Shown: positions 18,463-28,408 of the stretch, piece after piece
Layout: every line of letters begins with the position of its first letter
Position numbering within the stretch: the stretch's first letter is position 1
Assembly: GCA_038861545.1 (NCBI GenBank)
Contig: JAWCCZ010000003.1
Location: forward strand, 1-64,000
DNA: 64,000 nucleotides
Origin: Thermofilaceae archaeon
Lineage (GTDB): Archaea > Thermoproteota > Thermoprotei > Thermofilales > Thermofilaceae
Reading direction: 5' to 3'
The notes under the pieces: generated by a model
Seen by the model: the letters and a program-made list of their open reading frames with translations, nothing else
What the model was told of the DNA's origin: nothing
Database searches by the model: none
Made by a program: the position numbers and the translations under genes

Positions 18463-19923
18463 TTAAACAAGTTTTATTTGCTCTGCTGCCAATGTATGAT
18501 CCTCGCTCAGCCATCCTTTTACTTCTACATCTAGCCCTTGTAACCATTCTTCCATATACGATAGTACAGCAGGTAGGATGCCCGTAGCAGCTAGTTCCCT
18601 TACCTCATCCCAACTGGTTTTTAATAGTTCACAAACTTGTTCTCGGTTGCTAATAGGAGTATAGGCTAGATCTATTCCATCATCAATATTTAACATGAAG
18701 CCAAGGAGTAAATCACCCGAGTCCATAATCCTGTATTTCGCACGACTAAAAGTAATCGTAGCTTTGCATTCTACATAACCGTTCTTGACCGCTAGGGTTG
18801 TGTAAGGCTGCCCATCTTGAATCCCCTCACTCAGTTCTCCAAGTATTTCTACACTAGCGTAGGGATTCAACCGTAATCCTCGCTTGGAGCAGTACAAGCC
18901 CTTGATTTCGACGATTGTGGTGGGCTTAATTGAACTTAATTTAACCGCTACATAATCATAAAACGATAATATATTTGTACTGACCCGTTCACCTACCAGT
19001 ATTATGTTCACACCTTGTCCTCTCAAAGGTAGTGATGCAGCAAACATCCCCCGTATTCCTACTAAGAATTTTTTATCTTCAAGCTGAGCCTCATCTACAC
19101 TTAATACCTTGAAGGGCTTTTCAACATTAATTTGTCCCCTCTTATATATTCGTGTCAACTTTGTAACTCTATATCTCAATACATCGCCTTCGAGGGCTCT
19201 AGCATCTTGCACAACAAGAGTTTCACCCGGATGAGGATCTGAAATGCCTAGTTCTCTTGGGATTAACAACTGCACCGGTATACCATCCCTTAAACCGTAT
19301 ACGCTGCAACCATGTTCTCCTTGGATTACATCCTGAACATTCATAAAAAAAGTATTCACTCCATATCTTTCAATCAATTCATTGAAAGAGGGTAGCTCAC
19401 ACACGTGTGGTGAATCAAGGATCTCGACTTGAGCCTCAGGTAGAAGTCCTAACTCTATCTTGCCTTTGTATTTCCTTACATATGCACCGCTTATTAATAC
19501 ACAATCTCCGGGTTTAAGTTTACTATCAAACTCAACAGCTTGTTCATTCCAAGCAATTAACTCAATAACTCCGCTTTCATCGGCGAGTAAAACCCTTAGG
19601 ATTTTTTTTGAGTCTCCCCAACTCATCGGTTTTGATACCCTTATGATACGAGCTAGCAACTTTATACTTTTCAACCCTGGCAATAAATCCTGAATTTTTA
19701 ATCTACCACTTGGGAGAATCGCGTAAAAACTGGGTAGTGGAATTCCCAATTCTTTGGCAACGAGTAGAGCCGCTGCATCATGGTCGATTAATCCCTCTAA
19801 CTCCTTAACTTTCTTATCTACTAACTCTTTAATCTTATCGCGTGTAAGATCATTTCTGAACTTTAATATACGATCAACTATATTTTCAAAAGCAATTCCT
19901 CGTGTCCCTTGTTCTTCAGTCAC
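18463..19923 (-). CDS. Replication protein A-like multi-OB-fold ssDNA-binding protein
   Basis: N-terminal helical domain (GLIDHDAAALLVAKELG), OB fold KIQDL.PG...LADESG.I.L.AWN...GDCVLI.GAYV. Confidence 0.8.
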   Translation of the reverse strand: MTEEQGTRGIAFENIVDRILKFRNDLTRDKIKELVDKKVKELEGLIDHDAAALLVAKELGIPLPSFYAILPSGRLKIQDLLPGLKSIKLLARIIRVSKPMSWGDSKKILRVLLADESGVIELIAWNEQAVEFDSKLKPGDCVLISGAYVRKYKGKIELGLLPEAQVEILDSPHVCELPSFNELIERYGVNTFFMNVQDVIQGEHGCSVYGLRDGIPVQLLIPRELGISDPHPGETLVVQDARALEGDVLRYRVTKLTRIYKRGQINVEKPFKVLSVDEAQLEDKKFLVGIRGMFAASLPLRGQGVNIILVGERVSTNILSFYDYVAVKLSSIKPTTIVEIKGLYCSKRGLRLNPYASVEILGELSEGIQDGQPYTTLAVKNGYVECKATITFSRAKYRIMDSGDLLLGFMLNIDDGIDLAYTPISNREQVCELLKTSWDEVRELAATGILPAVLSYMEEWLQGLDVEVKGWLSEDHTLAAEQIKLV

Positions 19924-20071
19924 AGCAGGGATACCAGGTATACTTTGAAATTATATTTTCTTCTCATTTACACTTGAAATCGGTTTGCCTTAAATGTTTT
20001 ATCGGCGTATATTTTTGAACGAGAATATATTTATTAACCGGATAATGACCAACGCCTCACAGGGAAGCAAA

Positions 20072-20710
20072 ATGAGTGTAGGAGAAATTGGGGAGATACG
20101 GTTTCCCCTCTCAGAAGCTTTCTATATTTCATTGCAGAACATAAGACGACGTTTCACAAGAATTGCCATAACTACGGCATCAGTAATGCTCGGTATAGCA
20201 TTCTTTGTATCCCTTATGATGATGGCCTCTTTTCAAGCTCAAGCTGGTGGAAGTGGAATACAGCCTTACATGTATTGGCTACTATTCATCTCACTAATGG
20301 TTTGCGGTGTTGGAATAACTAACAGCATGCTAATCGCCGTCGCCGAAAGATATAAAGAAATTGGAACTTACAAGTGTTTAGGAGCACTAGATCGGCACAT
20401 TCTAATGTTATTTCTGGTTGAAGCTATGCTTGTAGGAGGTATAGGCGGATTAGCTGGCTATTTAGCAGGTCTCTTAGCAGCTATCATATATGCTTTCGTG
20501 AATCCAGCTGTGGGCGGCTTATCCAATGCTGTACAAGTATTATTGTCGCCTAATCCCACTATACCTATGGCTTCGACTCTACCTGTGTCTTTAGCTTTAT
20601 TTCTTTTAGGTATTGGTATCGCAGTACTGCTCAGTCTCATAGCTACCTTATACCCGGCCTATTATGCTGCGCGTCTGAATCCAGCTGAGGCGCTTAGGTA
20701 TGAAGTTTAA
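20072..20710 (+). CDS. FtsX/MacB-type (type VII) ABC permease lacking the extracytoplasmic domain
   Basis: NIRRRFTR, GITNSMLIAVAERYKEIGTYKCLGA, YPAYYAARLNPAEALRYE. The start is uncertain (19994-20072). Confidence 0.85.
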   Translation: MSVGEIGEIRFPLSEAFYISLQNIRRRFTRIAITTASVMLGIAFFVSLMMMASFQAQAGGSGIQPYMYWLLFISLMVCGVGITNSMLIAVAERYKEIGTYKCLGALDRHILMLFLVEAMLVGGIGGLAGYLAGLLAAIIYAFVNPAVGGLSNAVQVLLSPNPTIPMASTLPVSLALFLLGIGIAVLLSLIATLYPAYYAARLNPAEALRYEV

Positions 20711-20763
20711 ACTACTCCAAAAAGTTATATTACACTCTCCAAATATATGTATGAGGTGGGATT

Positions 20764-21492
20764 ATGGCTTTAAGGTATGAATATACCGTTGAAACCGAGG
20801 ATCTAGCTAAGTATTATAAGCTCGGAGCATATATAGTCAAGGCTCTTGATGGAGTGAATCTTAAAATCAGAAGAGGTGAATATGTATCTATAATGGGTCC
20901 ATCAGGGTCTGGAAAAACTACCCTGTTTAATATGATTGGAGGACTTGACAGACCAACGCGAGGCCGGGTGTATATAGATGAAGTTGACATCAGCAAGTTA
21001 GATGCATACGAATTAGCATGGTTAAGAGCTAGAAAAATTGGTTATATATTTCAAACATTTAACTTAATACCAGTGCTGACTGCTATTGAAAACGTTATGT
21101 TACCGATGATTTTTGCTGGAGTTAGAAGAGAGGAAAGAATCAGGAGAGCCAGAGAGTTGCTCGAACGTGTTGGCTTAGGTGATAGACTCTACCATAAGCC
21201 TACAGAGTTGAGTGGTGGTCAGCAGCAGAGGGTAGCTATAGCCCGTGCTTTAGCCAACGACCCCGCAATCATCCTAGCAGACGAACCAACTGGAAACCTC
21301 GATCTTCAAACAGGACTTGAGATCATCAATCTGATGAGACAGCTTAACAAAGAAAGAGGGGCAACAATAGTTACAGCTACCCACGATTTAAAAATGATTG
21401 ACGTAAGTGATAGAATTATTTATCTCAGAGATGGAAAAGTTGAGAGAGTTGAGACAAGGGCTGAAATAGCTGTAGAAACCGAGGAATTCTAA
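20764..21492 (+). CDS. ABC ATPase (LolD/MacB family)
   Basis: GPSGSGKT, LSGGQQQRVAIARAL, ADEPTGNLD. Confidence 0.95.
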   Translation: MALRYEYTVETEDLAKYYKLGAYIVKALDGVNLKIRRGEYVSIMGPSGSGKTTLFNMIGGLDRPTRGRVYIDEVDISKLDAYELAWLRARKIGYIFQTFNLIPVLTAIENVMLPMIFAGVRREERIRRARELLERVGLGDRLYHKPTELSGGQQQRVAIARALANDPAIILADEPTGNLDLQTGLEIINLMRQLNKERGATIVTATHDLKMIDVSDRIIYLRDGKVERVETRAEIAVETEEF

Positions 21493-21797
21493 TCGATAAG
21501 CCCCCTAAAAATAAGAGGAAATATTTTACTAATAAATTCTTCTAGGCTTACCTTAATTTCCTGAATACTGTTGCCGGCGAGCTCCATTGCCAAAAGGTGT
21601 ATACATGAATCAGATATTTGTCTCGTAAATACATCGAAAAGGTAGCTAGGACAACTGCAAAATTTTCTAGGAATAATAACATAGATTTCATCAAATCTCT
21701 TAGAGTATGTCGCATAAATAGTAAAGTTCGCATCTTCAATAGTGACCTTGATTAGTTTTTTCTCTAATACTAATTTTAACGCTCTTCGCTGCGCCAT
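21489..21797 (-). CDS. SWIM zinc-finger protein
   Basis: FCSCP...CIHLLA (CxC...CxH). Confidence 0.8.
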   Translation of the reverse strand: MAQRRALKLVLEKKLIKVTIEDANFTIYATYSKRFDEIYVIIPRKFCSCPSYLFDVFTRQISDSCIHLLAMELAGNSIQEIKVSLEEFISKIFPLIFRGLID

Positions 21798-22303
21798 TAA
21801 AGCTCGCCTTGGTAGATTCCTCTATATCCTTCTTTTAGCGAACTATCCACCTCCATGAATACCAGTTGCACAATACGAGCATTTTTCTCAAGTGTAATGC
21901 CAGCTCTATTATAGACTATTAAGAGCGCTCTACTTCGACCTCTGTAGCCAGGATCCCAAACAGCAGTTTCCACCGTAGCACCACTGCGTAAGAGGCTTGA
22001 TCTAGGTCTAGCTATTGCTGCTATATTAGGAGGTAAACATAGTTCTTCGTTAAAAATCACTAAATATGCACCTTGAGGTAAAAGAAGCAGGCCATTTTCA
22101 TCGAAAGGTAATGGTTCCGTCTCTGAAACTTTACGCCTAACATTACCAAAATCGATTTGACCGGGTGTTTTAAATTCCCTAACTTCTCTAAGGGTTAAAT
22201 CGAAACCCGCTGGCTGTAGCTGAAAGTCCAAATTTATCCAACTGGATATTAAGGGAGGATTTTGTTCTATAAGTCTAAGTATATTAGACTTGCTCAATAT
22301 CAT
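21797..22303 (-). CDS. dut: Trimeric dUTPase (dCTP deaminase/dUTPase family)
   Basis: QPAGFDL, RSSLLR, WDPGYRG, YRGIYQG; the deaminase catalytic Glu after DPGY.G is absent. Confidence 0.8.
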   Translation of the reverse strand: MILSKSNILRLIEQNPPLISSWINLDFQLQPAGFDLTLREVREFKTPGQIDFGNVRRKVSETEPLPFDENGLLLLPQGAYLVIFNEELCLPPNIAAIARPRSSLLRSGATVETAVWDPGYRGRSRALLIVYNRAGITLEKNARIVQLVFMEVDSSLKEGYRGIYQGEL

Positions 22304-22346
22304 AGGATACTAACATAAGGTGCCCGTAAAAACTGTCGTTGAAATT

Positions 22347-23681
22347 CTATGGGACTAGTCTTTGCCGATCTCTGGGGAACAGCACGACTTCTCTAATGTT
22401 CTGAGCTTGGGTAATTACCATAACTAGCCTGTCAAGCCCCAAACCAAACCCTCCATGAGGAGGCATTCCGTATTTGAACGCTTTAAGATAGAAAGAAAAA
22501 TCATCCGGGTTAAGACCTTTAAGTCTAATGTTTTCGACTAATTCATTATACCTATGCTCGCGCTGCCCCCCTGAAGCCAGTTCCAATCCTTTATAATCTA
22601 AATCGAATGCTATACCAAGTTTTCCTTTTCTCATTATATAAAACGGCTTAGCATCCCAAGGGTAGTTTACTATAAAATAAGCGTTATACCCCTCTTTTAG
22701 CATAAGTTCACCTATTGTTTTTTCTTCCACACTACCTAAATCCTGCCCCCATTCTACTTTGAAACCTAGACTTTTAAGTATTTCAAGTGCTTCGCTATAG
22801 TCTAAACGCTTAAACGGCCTTTTTAGTTCACTTAGCTCCACCCCTAACATGCTCAACTCGTGAGATGCAATCTCTTTAACTCTTGCAAAAATATGAGATA
22901 TAAGCTCCTCTAAGACGCCCATAACTTCCTCTACGCCATCTATAAAACCCATTTCAACGTCAATGCCCCAGCTCTCGTTGAGATGCCTTATTGTGCTATG
23001 GGGCTCAGCTCTGAAGTAGGGCGCCAACTCGTATACTCGTGAAACTCCACACATTAGCATTTGTTTGTAAAGCTGAGGACTTTGAGAGAGAAATGCTTTT
23101 CTCCCAAAGTAATCAAGCTGAAAAAGAGTAGTCCCTCCCTCAGCGCCAGCTCCACAGATCTTGGGTGTATGTATTTCAAGAAAACCATTAGATTCCAAGT
23201 ATTCACGCGCCGCGCTCGCCACGATTGCCCTAATCCTAAAAACTGCACGCTGCCTGGCTATTCTAAGAGCAACGTACCGATGCTCTATTACTGTATCGAG
23301 CAAGGCCGGAGTAGTACCAACAGGATCTAGTGGGAGCAAGTCTACTGGTTCGGTTAAAATTTTTAGTTCTGTAGCATGTATCTCAAGCCCCCTTTTACTG
23401 ACTTGTGTCTCAGGAATTGTTCCTTTAATCGTGATAGCAGATCCAATTTTAACTTTTGATGCCTGCTGCCAGATATCGAGGTTCTTGCTTTTTTTAGCGA
23501 CTACAGTGTAAATATTAAGTGAGTTACCATCAATTACCTCTAGAAAAACTATACCTCCAACAGCTCTGATCGAGTTCACCCACCCTGAAAGTTTTATATT
23601 CTGACTATTCATCTTGTTATCCCCTCTTACAACTGATTTATGAACTTGCATTAGTTGCACGAAAGAGCTTTTTATTCCCAA
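22347..23681 (-). CDS. aspS: Aspartyl-tRNA synthetase (archaeal type)
   Basis: OB fold GWV..IR..GG, AEGG, LSQSPQLYKQ, FRAE...RHLNE, GMPPHGGFGLGLDR. The true start is probably downstream of 23681. Confidence 0.93.
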   Translation of the reverse strand: MGIKSSFVQLMQVHKSVVRGDNKMNSQNIKLSGWVNSIRAVGGIVFLEVIDGNSLNIYTVVAKKSKNLDIWQQASKVKIGSAITIKGTIPETQVSKRGLEIHATELKILTEPVDLLPLDPVGTTPALLDTVIEHRYVALRIARQRAVFRIRAIVASAAREYLESNGFLEIHTPKICGAGAEGGTTLFQLDYFGRKAFLSQSPQLYKQMLMCGVSRVYELAPYFRAEPHSTIRHLNESWGIDVEMGFIDGVEEVMGVLEELISHIFARVKEIASHELSMLGVELSELKRPFKRLDYSEALEILKSLGFKVEWGQDLGSVEEKTIGELMLKEGYNAYFIVNYPWDAKPFYIMRKGKLGIAFDLDYKGLELASGGQREHRYNELVENIRLKGLNPDDFSFYLKAFKYGMPPHGGFGLGLDRLVMVITQAQNIREVVLFPRDRQRLVP

Positions 23682-24800
23682 GATACATTAGGGTATGTGG
23701 TAGACTTCACTAAACATGCGAAACAAGTTTCTAGCAAAATAGTTGCCGAGAATGCCCTTAACGCTGTGGTAATAACTGGAGCATCGAACATTTTCTACGT
23801 TTCCGGTTCTGATGCCCCAACGGCTGTTATTATTTATGAGGATGGAAGTGTAGTGGCTCTTGCTACAAGGCTTGAATACTTGCGCGCGTCAGCAGAAATC
23901 CGTGTAGGAGAGCTATACGCGTATGCTAGACAAGGTGATTTTGCTGAGCATGAAAGGGTCTTGCAGGGAGATTTATACGATGCGGTTAAATTACTTATAC
24001 CATTCTCCAAGGATGGAAAGGTGGGGTTAGCCGGCGTCGCCGCGAATTCTCGTCAACAGTGGGAGGAGAAAATAGGAGTTAAATTCATTGATATAACTAG
24101 TGAACTTATAAAATTACGGCGGACAAAAGACGAAACCGAGTTAAATGCCATTAAACAGGCTATCCGGCTAGCTGAGCAAGCTATGAGAAAAGCCATAGAT
24201 GCTCTGGAAAGGGGGGTTACGGAGTCGGATATTGCGGCTGAGATATTAAATTCCATAGTGCGTAACGGAGCCCAACCAGCGTTCCAGCCTATAGTTGCTT
24301 TCGGAGAACATGCAGCACAACCCCACGCTAAACTAACTCTTCGAACGCTTCAACCAGGTGATATAATTAAGATCGACTTAGGTGCGAAAGCAGAAGGATA
24401 TTGTTCCGATATTACTAGGACTTTTGCTTTCGGAAAAGAGTCCGAACAACAACGTAAACTTTTCAGGGCTGTTATAAAGGCTCAAGAAATGGCGTTAGGG
24501 TGTATTAGCGTGGGAGTTAAAGCTAGCGACGTGCATTTAAAAGCCTATGAGGTTTTCAAAGAAGAGGGGGTATCAAAATATTTCAACCACGGTTTAGGTC
24601 ATGGAGTAGGGATTGAGGTACATGAGGAGCCTTACCTAAACTCAGAGAGTACTACCCCTCTGGCTTGGGGTGATGTTTTAACGGTTGAGCCGGGGGTTTA
24701 TCTGCCGGGCTATGGTGGTATACGTATCGAAGACATGGTGTTAGTTACTGACGAAGGACCTCAGTTACTTACATCATTCCCTAAAGAATTTTCCCTTTAA
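23655..24800 (+). CDS. Xaa-Pro peptidase (M24)
   Basis: DLGA...YCSDITRT, HGLGHGVGIEVHE, TVEPGVY, RIED. Confidence 0.93.
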   Translation: MHERAFYSQDTLGYVVDFTKHAKQVSSKIVAENALNAVVITGASNIFYVSGSDAPTAVIIYEDGSVVALATRLEYLRASAEIRVGELYAYARQGDFAEHERVLQGDLYDAVKLLIPFSKDGKVGLAGVAANSRQQWEEKIGVKFIDITSELIKLRRTKDETELNAIKQAIRLAEQAMRKAIDALERGVTESDIAAEILNSIVRNGAQPAFQPIVAFGEHAAQPHAKLTLRTLQPGDIIKIDLGAKAEGYCSDITRTFAFGKESEQQRKLFRAVIKAQEMALGCISVGVKASDVHLKAYEVFKEEGVSKYFNHGLGHGVGIEVHEEPYLNSESTTPLAWGDVLTVEPGVYLPGYGGIRIEDMVLVTDEGPQLLTSFPKEFSL

Positions 24801-24804
24801 TGCG

Positions 24805-25401
24805 ATGAGAGTGAACCCCTACAAACAAGGGTTTAGATGTTTAGGGATATCGGAGAGTTTTTTACGTTCAACATCTAAATCCATCTTATGCGGAATAGTT
24901 ATGCGAAGAGATCTCATTATTGATGGAATGGCTCTCTCAACAGCTACTGTGGGGGGTCTGGATGCGACCGATGGTGTGCTTCAAATATATAGGGAATTGA
25001 ACCGCAAAGACATAAACTGCATTATGCTCAACGGCTGTATAATATCCTGGTTCAATATTGTGAATTTAAGACGTGTTTATGATGAAACGCATACGCCGCT
25101 AATAAGCTTGACTTACGAGGAATCTGAAGGGTTAGAACGGTACATAGAAAGGTACTTTAGAGGGGACGAGGAAAGAATGAAACTCTATAGAAGCTTAGGG
25201 TCTCGTGAAGCATTATATATTAAAAGAACTGGCACTAGGGTTTTTGCAAGGTATTATGGGCTTTCTAGACGAGAGGTTGAAGCCATTCTAAATGCATTTA
25301 CAACACATGGTCATGTTCCCGAACCATTAAGAATAGCAAATCTAACGGCTAGAGCGTGTCTACGTTATCTCCAACGAACGGGTAAAATTGACGCAAATTA
25401 A
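24805..25401 (+). CDS. DUF99/UPF0215 endonuclease V-like protein
   Basis: GISESF, TVGGLDAT, G.IISWFN.V, PEPLRIA. Confidence 0.85.
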   Translation: MRVNPYKQGFRCLGISESFLRSTSKSILCGIVMRRDLIIDGMALSTATVGGLDATDGVLQIYRELNRKDINCIMLNGCIISWFNIVNLRRVYDETHTPLISLTYEESEGLERYIERYFRGDEERMKLYRSLGSREALYIKRTGTRVFARYYGLSRREVEAILNAFTTHGHVPEPLRIANLTARACLRYLQRTGKIDAN

Positions 25402-25427
25402 ATAGCTTGGCATGCAGATTGTAGCAT

Positions 25428-26468
25428 ATGCTAAGTATTCCCCGTACAATTGAATGGGTTAACGGAAAAGTTAAGTTTATAAACCAACTAAAGCTTCCAT
25501 ATAAATTTGAGTACCTAGAGACTGATGACTGGCTAAGACTCGCCGAAGCTATAAGGAGAATGGAGATAAGAGGTGCACCAGCTATAGGCATAGCCGCGGC
25601 TTTCTCCATAGCTTTAGCCGCACGACATATAAAGGCTAAGTCACTAAATGAAGCTATTGATGAGTTAGTTAAATGCGCCGGGATAATCAAAGGTACGCGC
25701 CCTACGGCGGTTAACTTGGCTTGGGCTATTGATAGGGTTTTAGCCGCAGCAAAAACGGCCACTAGCCTTGACGAACTCGGAGAGAAGACACTAGAGAGCG
25801 CACTGAAAATTCAGCAAATGGATGAGGAAGCTAATAGGAAGATTGGAGAACTGGGCGAGAAACTGATCAATGATGGTGATACAGTGATGACCATTTGCAA
25901 CGCAGGTTCTCTGGCTACCAGCTGCTATGGAACCGCCACCGCTCCGATTTATTTAGCTCATGAAAAAGGTAAGATGGTGAACGTGATAGCTCTTGAGACT
26001 CGTCCCTATCTACAGGGAGCTCGGCTAACCGCTTGGGAACTAAGCAGGGCCGGTATAAGCGTTAAAGTAATTACTGATAACGCGGTTGGCATAGTTCTGC
26101 AGAAGCATCACGTAGATCTTATTATTACTGGAGCCGATCGTATAACTAGGAAAGCCTATGTTGCGAATAAAGTTGGGACCTATCCACTGGCGTTACTAGC
26201 GAAAGAACACTCAGTTCCATTTTACATAGCAGCCCCGACGAGCACTTTTGACCTATCGATTGAAACAGGTGAAGAAATACCCATTGAGGAAAGACCAAGC
26301 GAAGAAGTCATTTATGTATTTGGTAAAAGAATTACACCTGAAGGCGTTGAGGCTATATATTATGCTTTTGATGTAACTCCACCGAAGCTTATAAATGGCA
26401 TCATAACTGAAAGAGGAATAGTTTACCCCCCTTACGAGAAAAGTATCAAGCAATTATTTTCCATTTAA
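25428..26468 (+). CDS. mtnA: S-methyl-5-thioribose-1-phosphate isomerase (eIF-2B-like family)
   Basis: IRGAPAIG, RPTAVNL, TICNAGSLAT..YGTA, ETRPYLQGARLT, NKVGT. Confidence 0.88.
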   Translation: MLSIPRTIEWVNGKVKFINQLKLPYKFEYLETDDWLRLAEAIRRMEIRGAPAIGIAAAFSIALAARHIKAKSLNEAIDELVKCAGIIKGTRPTAVNLAWAIDRVLAAAKTATSLDELGEKTLESALKIQQMDEEANRKIGELGEKLINDGDTVMTICNAGSLATSCYGTATAPIYLAHEKGKMVNVIALETRPYLQGARLTAWELSRAGISVKVITDNAVGIVLQKHHVDLIITGADRITRKAYVANKVGTYPLALLAKEHSVPFYIAAPTSTFDLSIETGEEIPIEERPSEEVIYVFGKRITPEGVEAIYYAFDVTPPKLINGIITERGIVYPPYEKSIKQLFSI

Positions 26469-26541
26469 TTCATGCTTCACTATGCAAAAATCACCTGATA
26501 ATTTTAAATTCTGGACCTAAGCTAAATTAGTCAAGACTAGA

Positions 26542-26988
26542 ATGATGGAATACCTGATAGCTTTACTTTACTCTCAAGCAATAAATATAATGGAAACGCT
26601 CATCTGGGTAGGTAAGCCTTGGAAACTTAAACCCCCATTCCCTTTTACTACTCATGAAGTTAAAAATGATGGTTATCATTTATTGTTATCAATCCTTTAT
26701 ATTGCTCCTTATTTGATCCTATACTCTAACCGACTTTTGTTAGTAGCGGAGCTTTCTTTAATTACATGGCTACTAAATGATGTGATGTGGCACTTTTGGT
26801 CTGTGAACCCCCGGTACTATTTAGAATGGATCCGTTTTTACTTTAATCCCCATGGAAATCAAATTGTTTGGTATGCCCGGTTCTTAGCCGCTAAGGTGGC
26901 GGTTACACCTAGACGTATGTTTATTGTAACCATTATTAGAACCGGCTTAATTGTAACTATGCTGGTACTAACTCAACTTGCCCTATAA
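26542..26988 (+). CDS. Hypothetical membrane protein
   Basis: 148-aa ORF with several hydrophobic segments; no recognised motif. Confidence 0.6.
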   Translation: MMEYLIALLYSQAINIMETLIWVGKPWKLKPPFPFTTHEVKNDGYHLLLSILYIAPYLILYSNRLLLVAELSLITWLLNDVMWHFWSVNPRYYLEWIRFYFNPHGNQIVWYARFLAAKVAVTPRRMFIVTIIRTGLIVTMLVLTQLAL

Positions 26989-26990
26989 TG

Positions 26991-27060
26991 CCGGTCCATC
27001 TGCCGCGGTCTCCTCATCCATCTAGGTGGGGGCAAGTTATCCTTATTTATTTCATCCCGG
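26991..27060 (-). ncRNA. Possible C/D-box guide sRNA against 16S rRNA helix 18
   Basis: Minus strand: degenerate boxes (ATAAGGA..TAGA..ATGAGGA..TGGA), CCGG termini, two segments (ACTTGCCCCC, ACCGCGGC) antisense to adjacent conserved 16S stretches. Confidence 0.45.
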
Positions 27061-27099
27061 CTATACTCAATACAGGGCAGTCATTAAAAGATTTGCGAG

Positions 27100-27474
27100 G
27101 TGGCGACATTGGCAGGGCCGTTTGTCGTAAGGGTGAAGAACCTTAGGGATCTAGTAAACGTAGCGGTAGCTGTACAGATCCCTATAGTGCATCGGGTCGA
27201 GCTAGGGGATAAGAACATATATTATGTTCCTTTTCCCCTATACGATTCTCATACAATATACTATTATGAAACAGATAACGCTATAAAAGGTAAATACATT
27301 GTGATGAATCGCTTCTCTGGAGACGTTTACCTATACAATGAATTCACTAATGATAGTAAAAGTATTGTAGTACCGATAATCGAGGTCACCGAACAAAATG
27401 TGTTGCCAAAGCAAATAATGTCGTTAGGGGATACAGAGAAAAAGAAGAAAGCAAAAGCTAAGCATAAGGCTTGA
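27100..27474 (+). CDS. Conserved crenarchaeal hypothetical protein with a basic C-terminal tail
   Basis: V.V.NL.DL, KYI..NRFSG, VPIIEV pattern; KKKKAKAKHKA tail. Confidence 0.65.
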   Translation: MATLAGPFVVRVKNLRDLVNVAVAVQIPIVHRVELGDKNIYYVPFPLYDSHTIYYYETDNAIKGKYIVMNRFSGDVYLYNEFTNDSKSIVVPIIEVTEQNVLPKQIMSLGDTEKKKKAKAKHKA

Positions 27475-27626
27475 TGAATAAGCAAACGTATTAACGAGTT
27501 GGCCAGCGTCATGCACACCCCTTCTCCTTCATGGGTTATGGGGCTTTCCTTAAATCCCTAAAAATAATGCTTTCAGCCCGCCTCAACCGTTATCCCCTTT
27601 ATTGGACTCCTTGGACATTATATGTA

Positions 27627-28337
27627 TTAGAAGTATGCTTCAATACCATTTTTTGTCAAATTGATTAAAGTTATACCCTTTACTGCTGGAACCGCCACAT
27701 TGTATACACGTGTGCCGCCAAGATGTACTGTCGTTCTTCTGCTATTATGCGCGTGTCCATGGAAAACCCCCCAAGTTTTTGTTCTCATGATAATTGAAGT
27801 TAACTTTCGAGATCCCATTTCCTCCCAAATTCTAGGGTTTTCCCCCTCTAATGTTCCACAGATGGGTGCATAGTGGGTCAGCAGTAAATTGTAATGTGAC
27901 TTTTGCCTAGCTTCGGTAAGCAGTTTCTCAATTATATTAAGGCGAGCCTCGTAAACTTTACTGATTCCGGGGATGTTTTTCTCTTGCCACCTGGTTGGGC
28001 GATCTAAAACCCCGCGGGTGCCGACAATAGTTATCGAATAACCTGGTATTTCTTGGAAAGTAATTTCATCATCCAGCCAAGTAACGTCGTTACAAGTATC
28101 TTTAATTTCCTTTTTTCGTTCATCGTATTCTTCATTGCCGAAAATGCCTATGATTTCCCCCTTGTATACTACCCTCAGAGCATCTATAACCAACCTGCAT
28201 TGCTTTGGATCACCTTTCTCAGCCAAATCTCCTGCCAAAAGCGTTAAGGCAGCTTTCTTAAGTAGAGGTAGCGAGGCCTTGACTAAACTTAGGTAGCGAA
28301 TTCCATGCACATCGCTAAGTGCAGCTACGGCTACCAC
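27627..28337 (-). CDS. Metallophosphoesterase (calcineurin-like)
   Basis: SDVH, AGDL, GNEEYD, THYAP, HGHAH. Confidence 0.9.
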   Translation of the reverse strand: MVAVAALSDVHGIRYLSLVKASLPLLKKAALTLLAGDLAEKGDPKQCRLVIDALRVVYKGEIIGIFGNEEYDERKKEIKDTCNDVTWLDDEITFQEIPGYSITIVGTRGVLDRPTRWQEKNIPGISKVYEARLNIIEKLLTEARQKSHYNLLLTHYAPICGTLEGENPRIWEEMGSRKLTSIIMRTKTWGVFHGHAHNSRRTTVHLGGTRVYNVAVPAVKGITLINLTKNGIEAYF

Positions 28338-28408
28338 AAATTCGCATTAGACGAGAAGAACATTTAAATTCTACGGAACATTTATTCTTCCTCCTCTCTA
28401 GAAAACTT

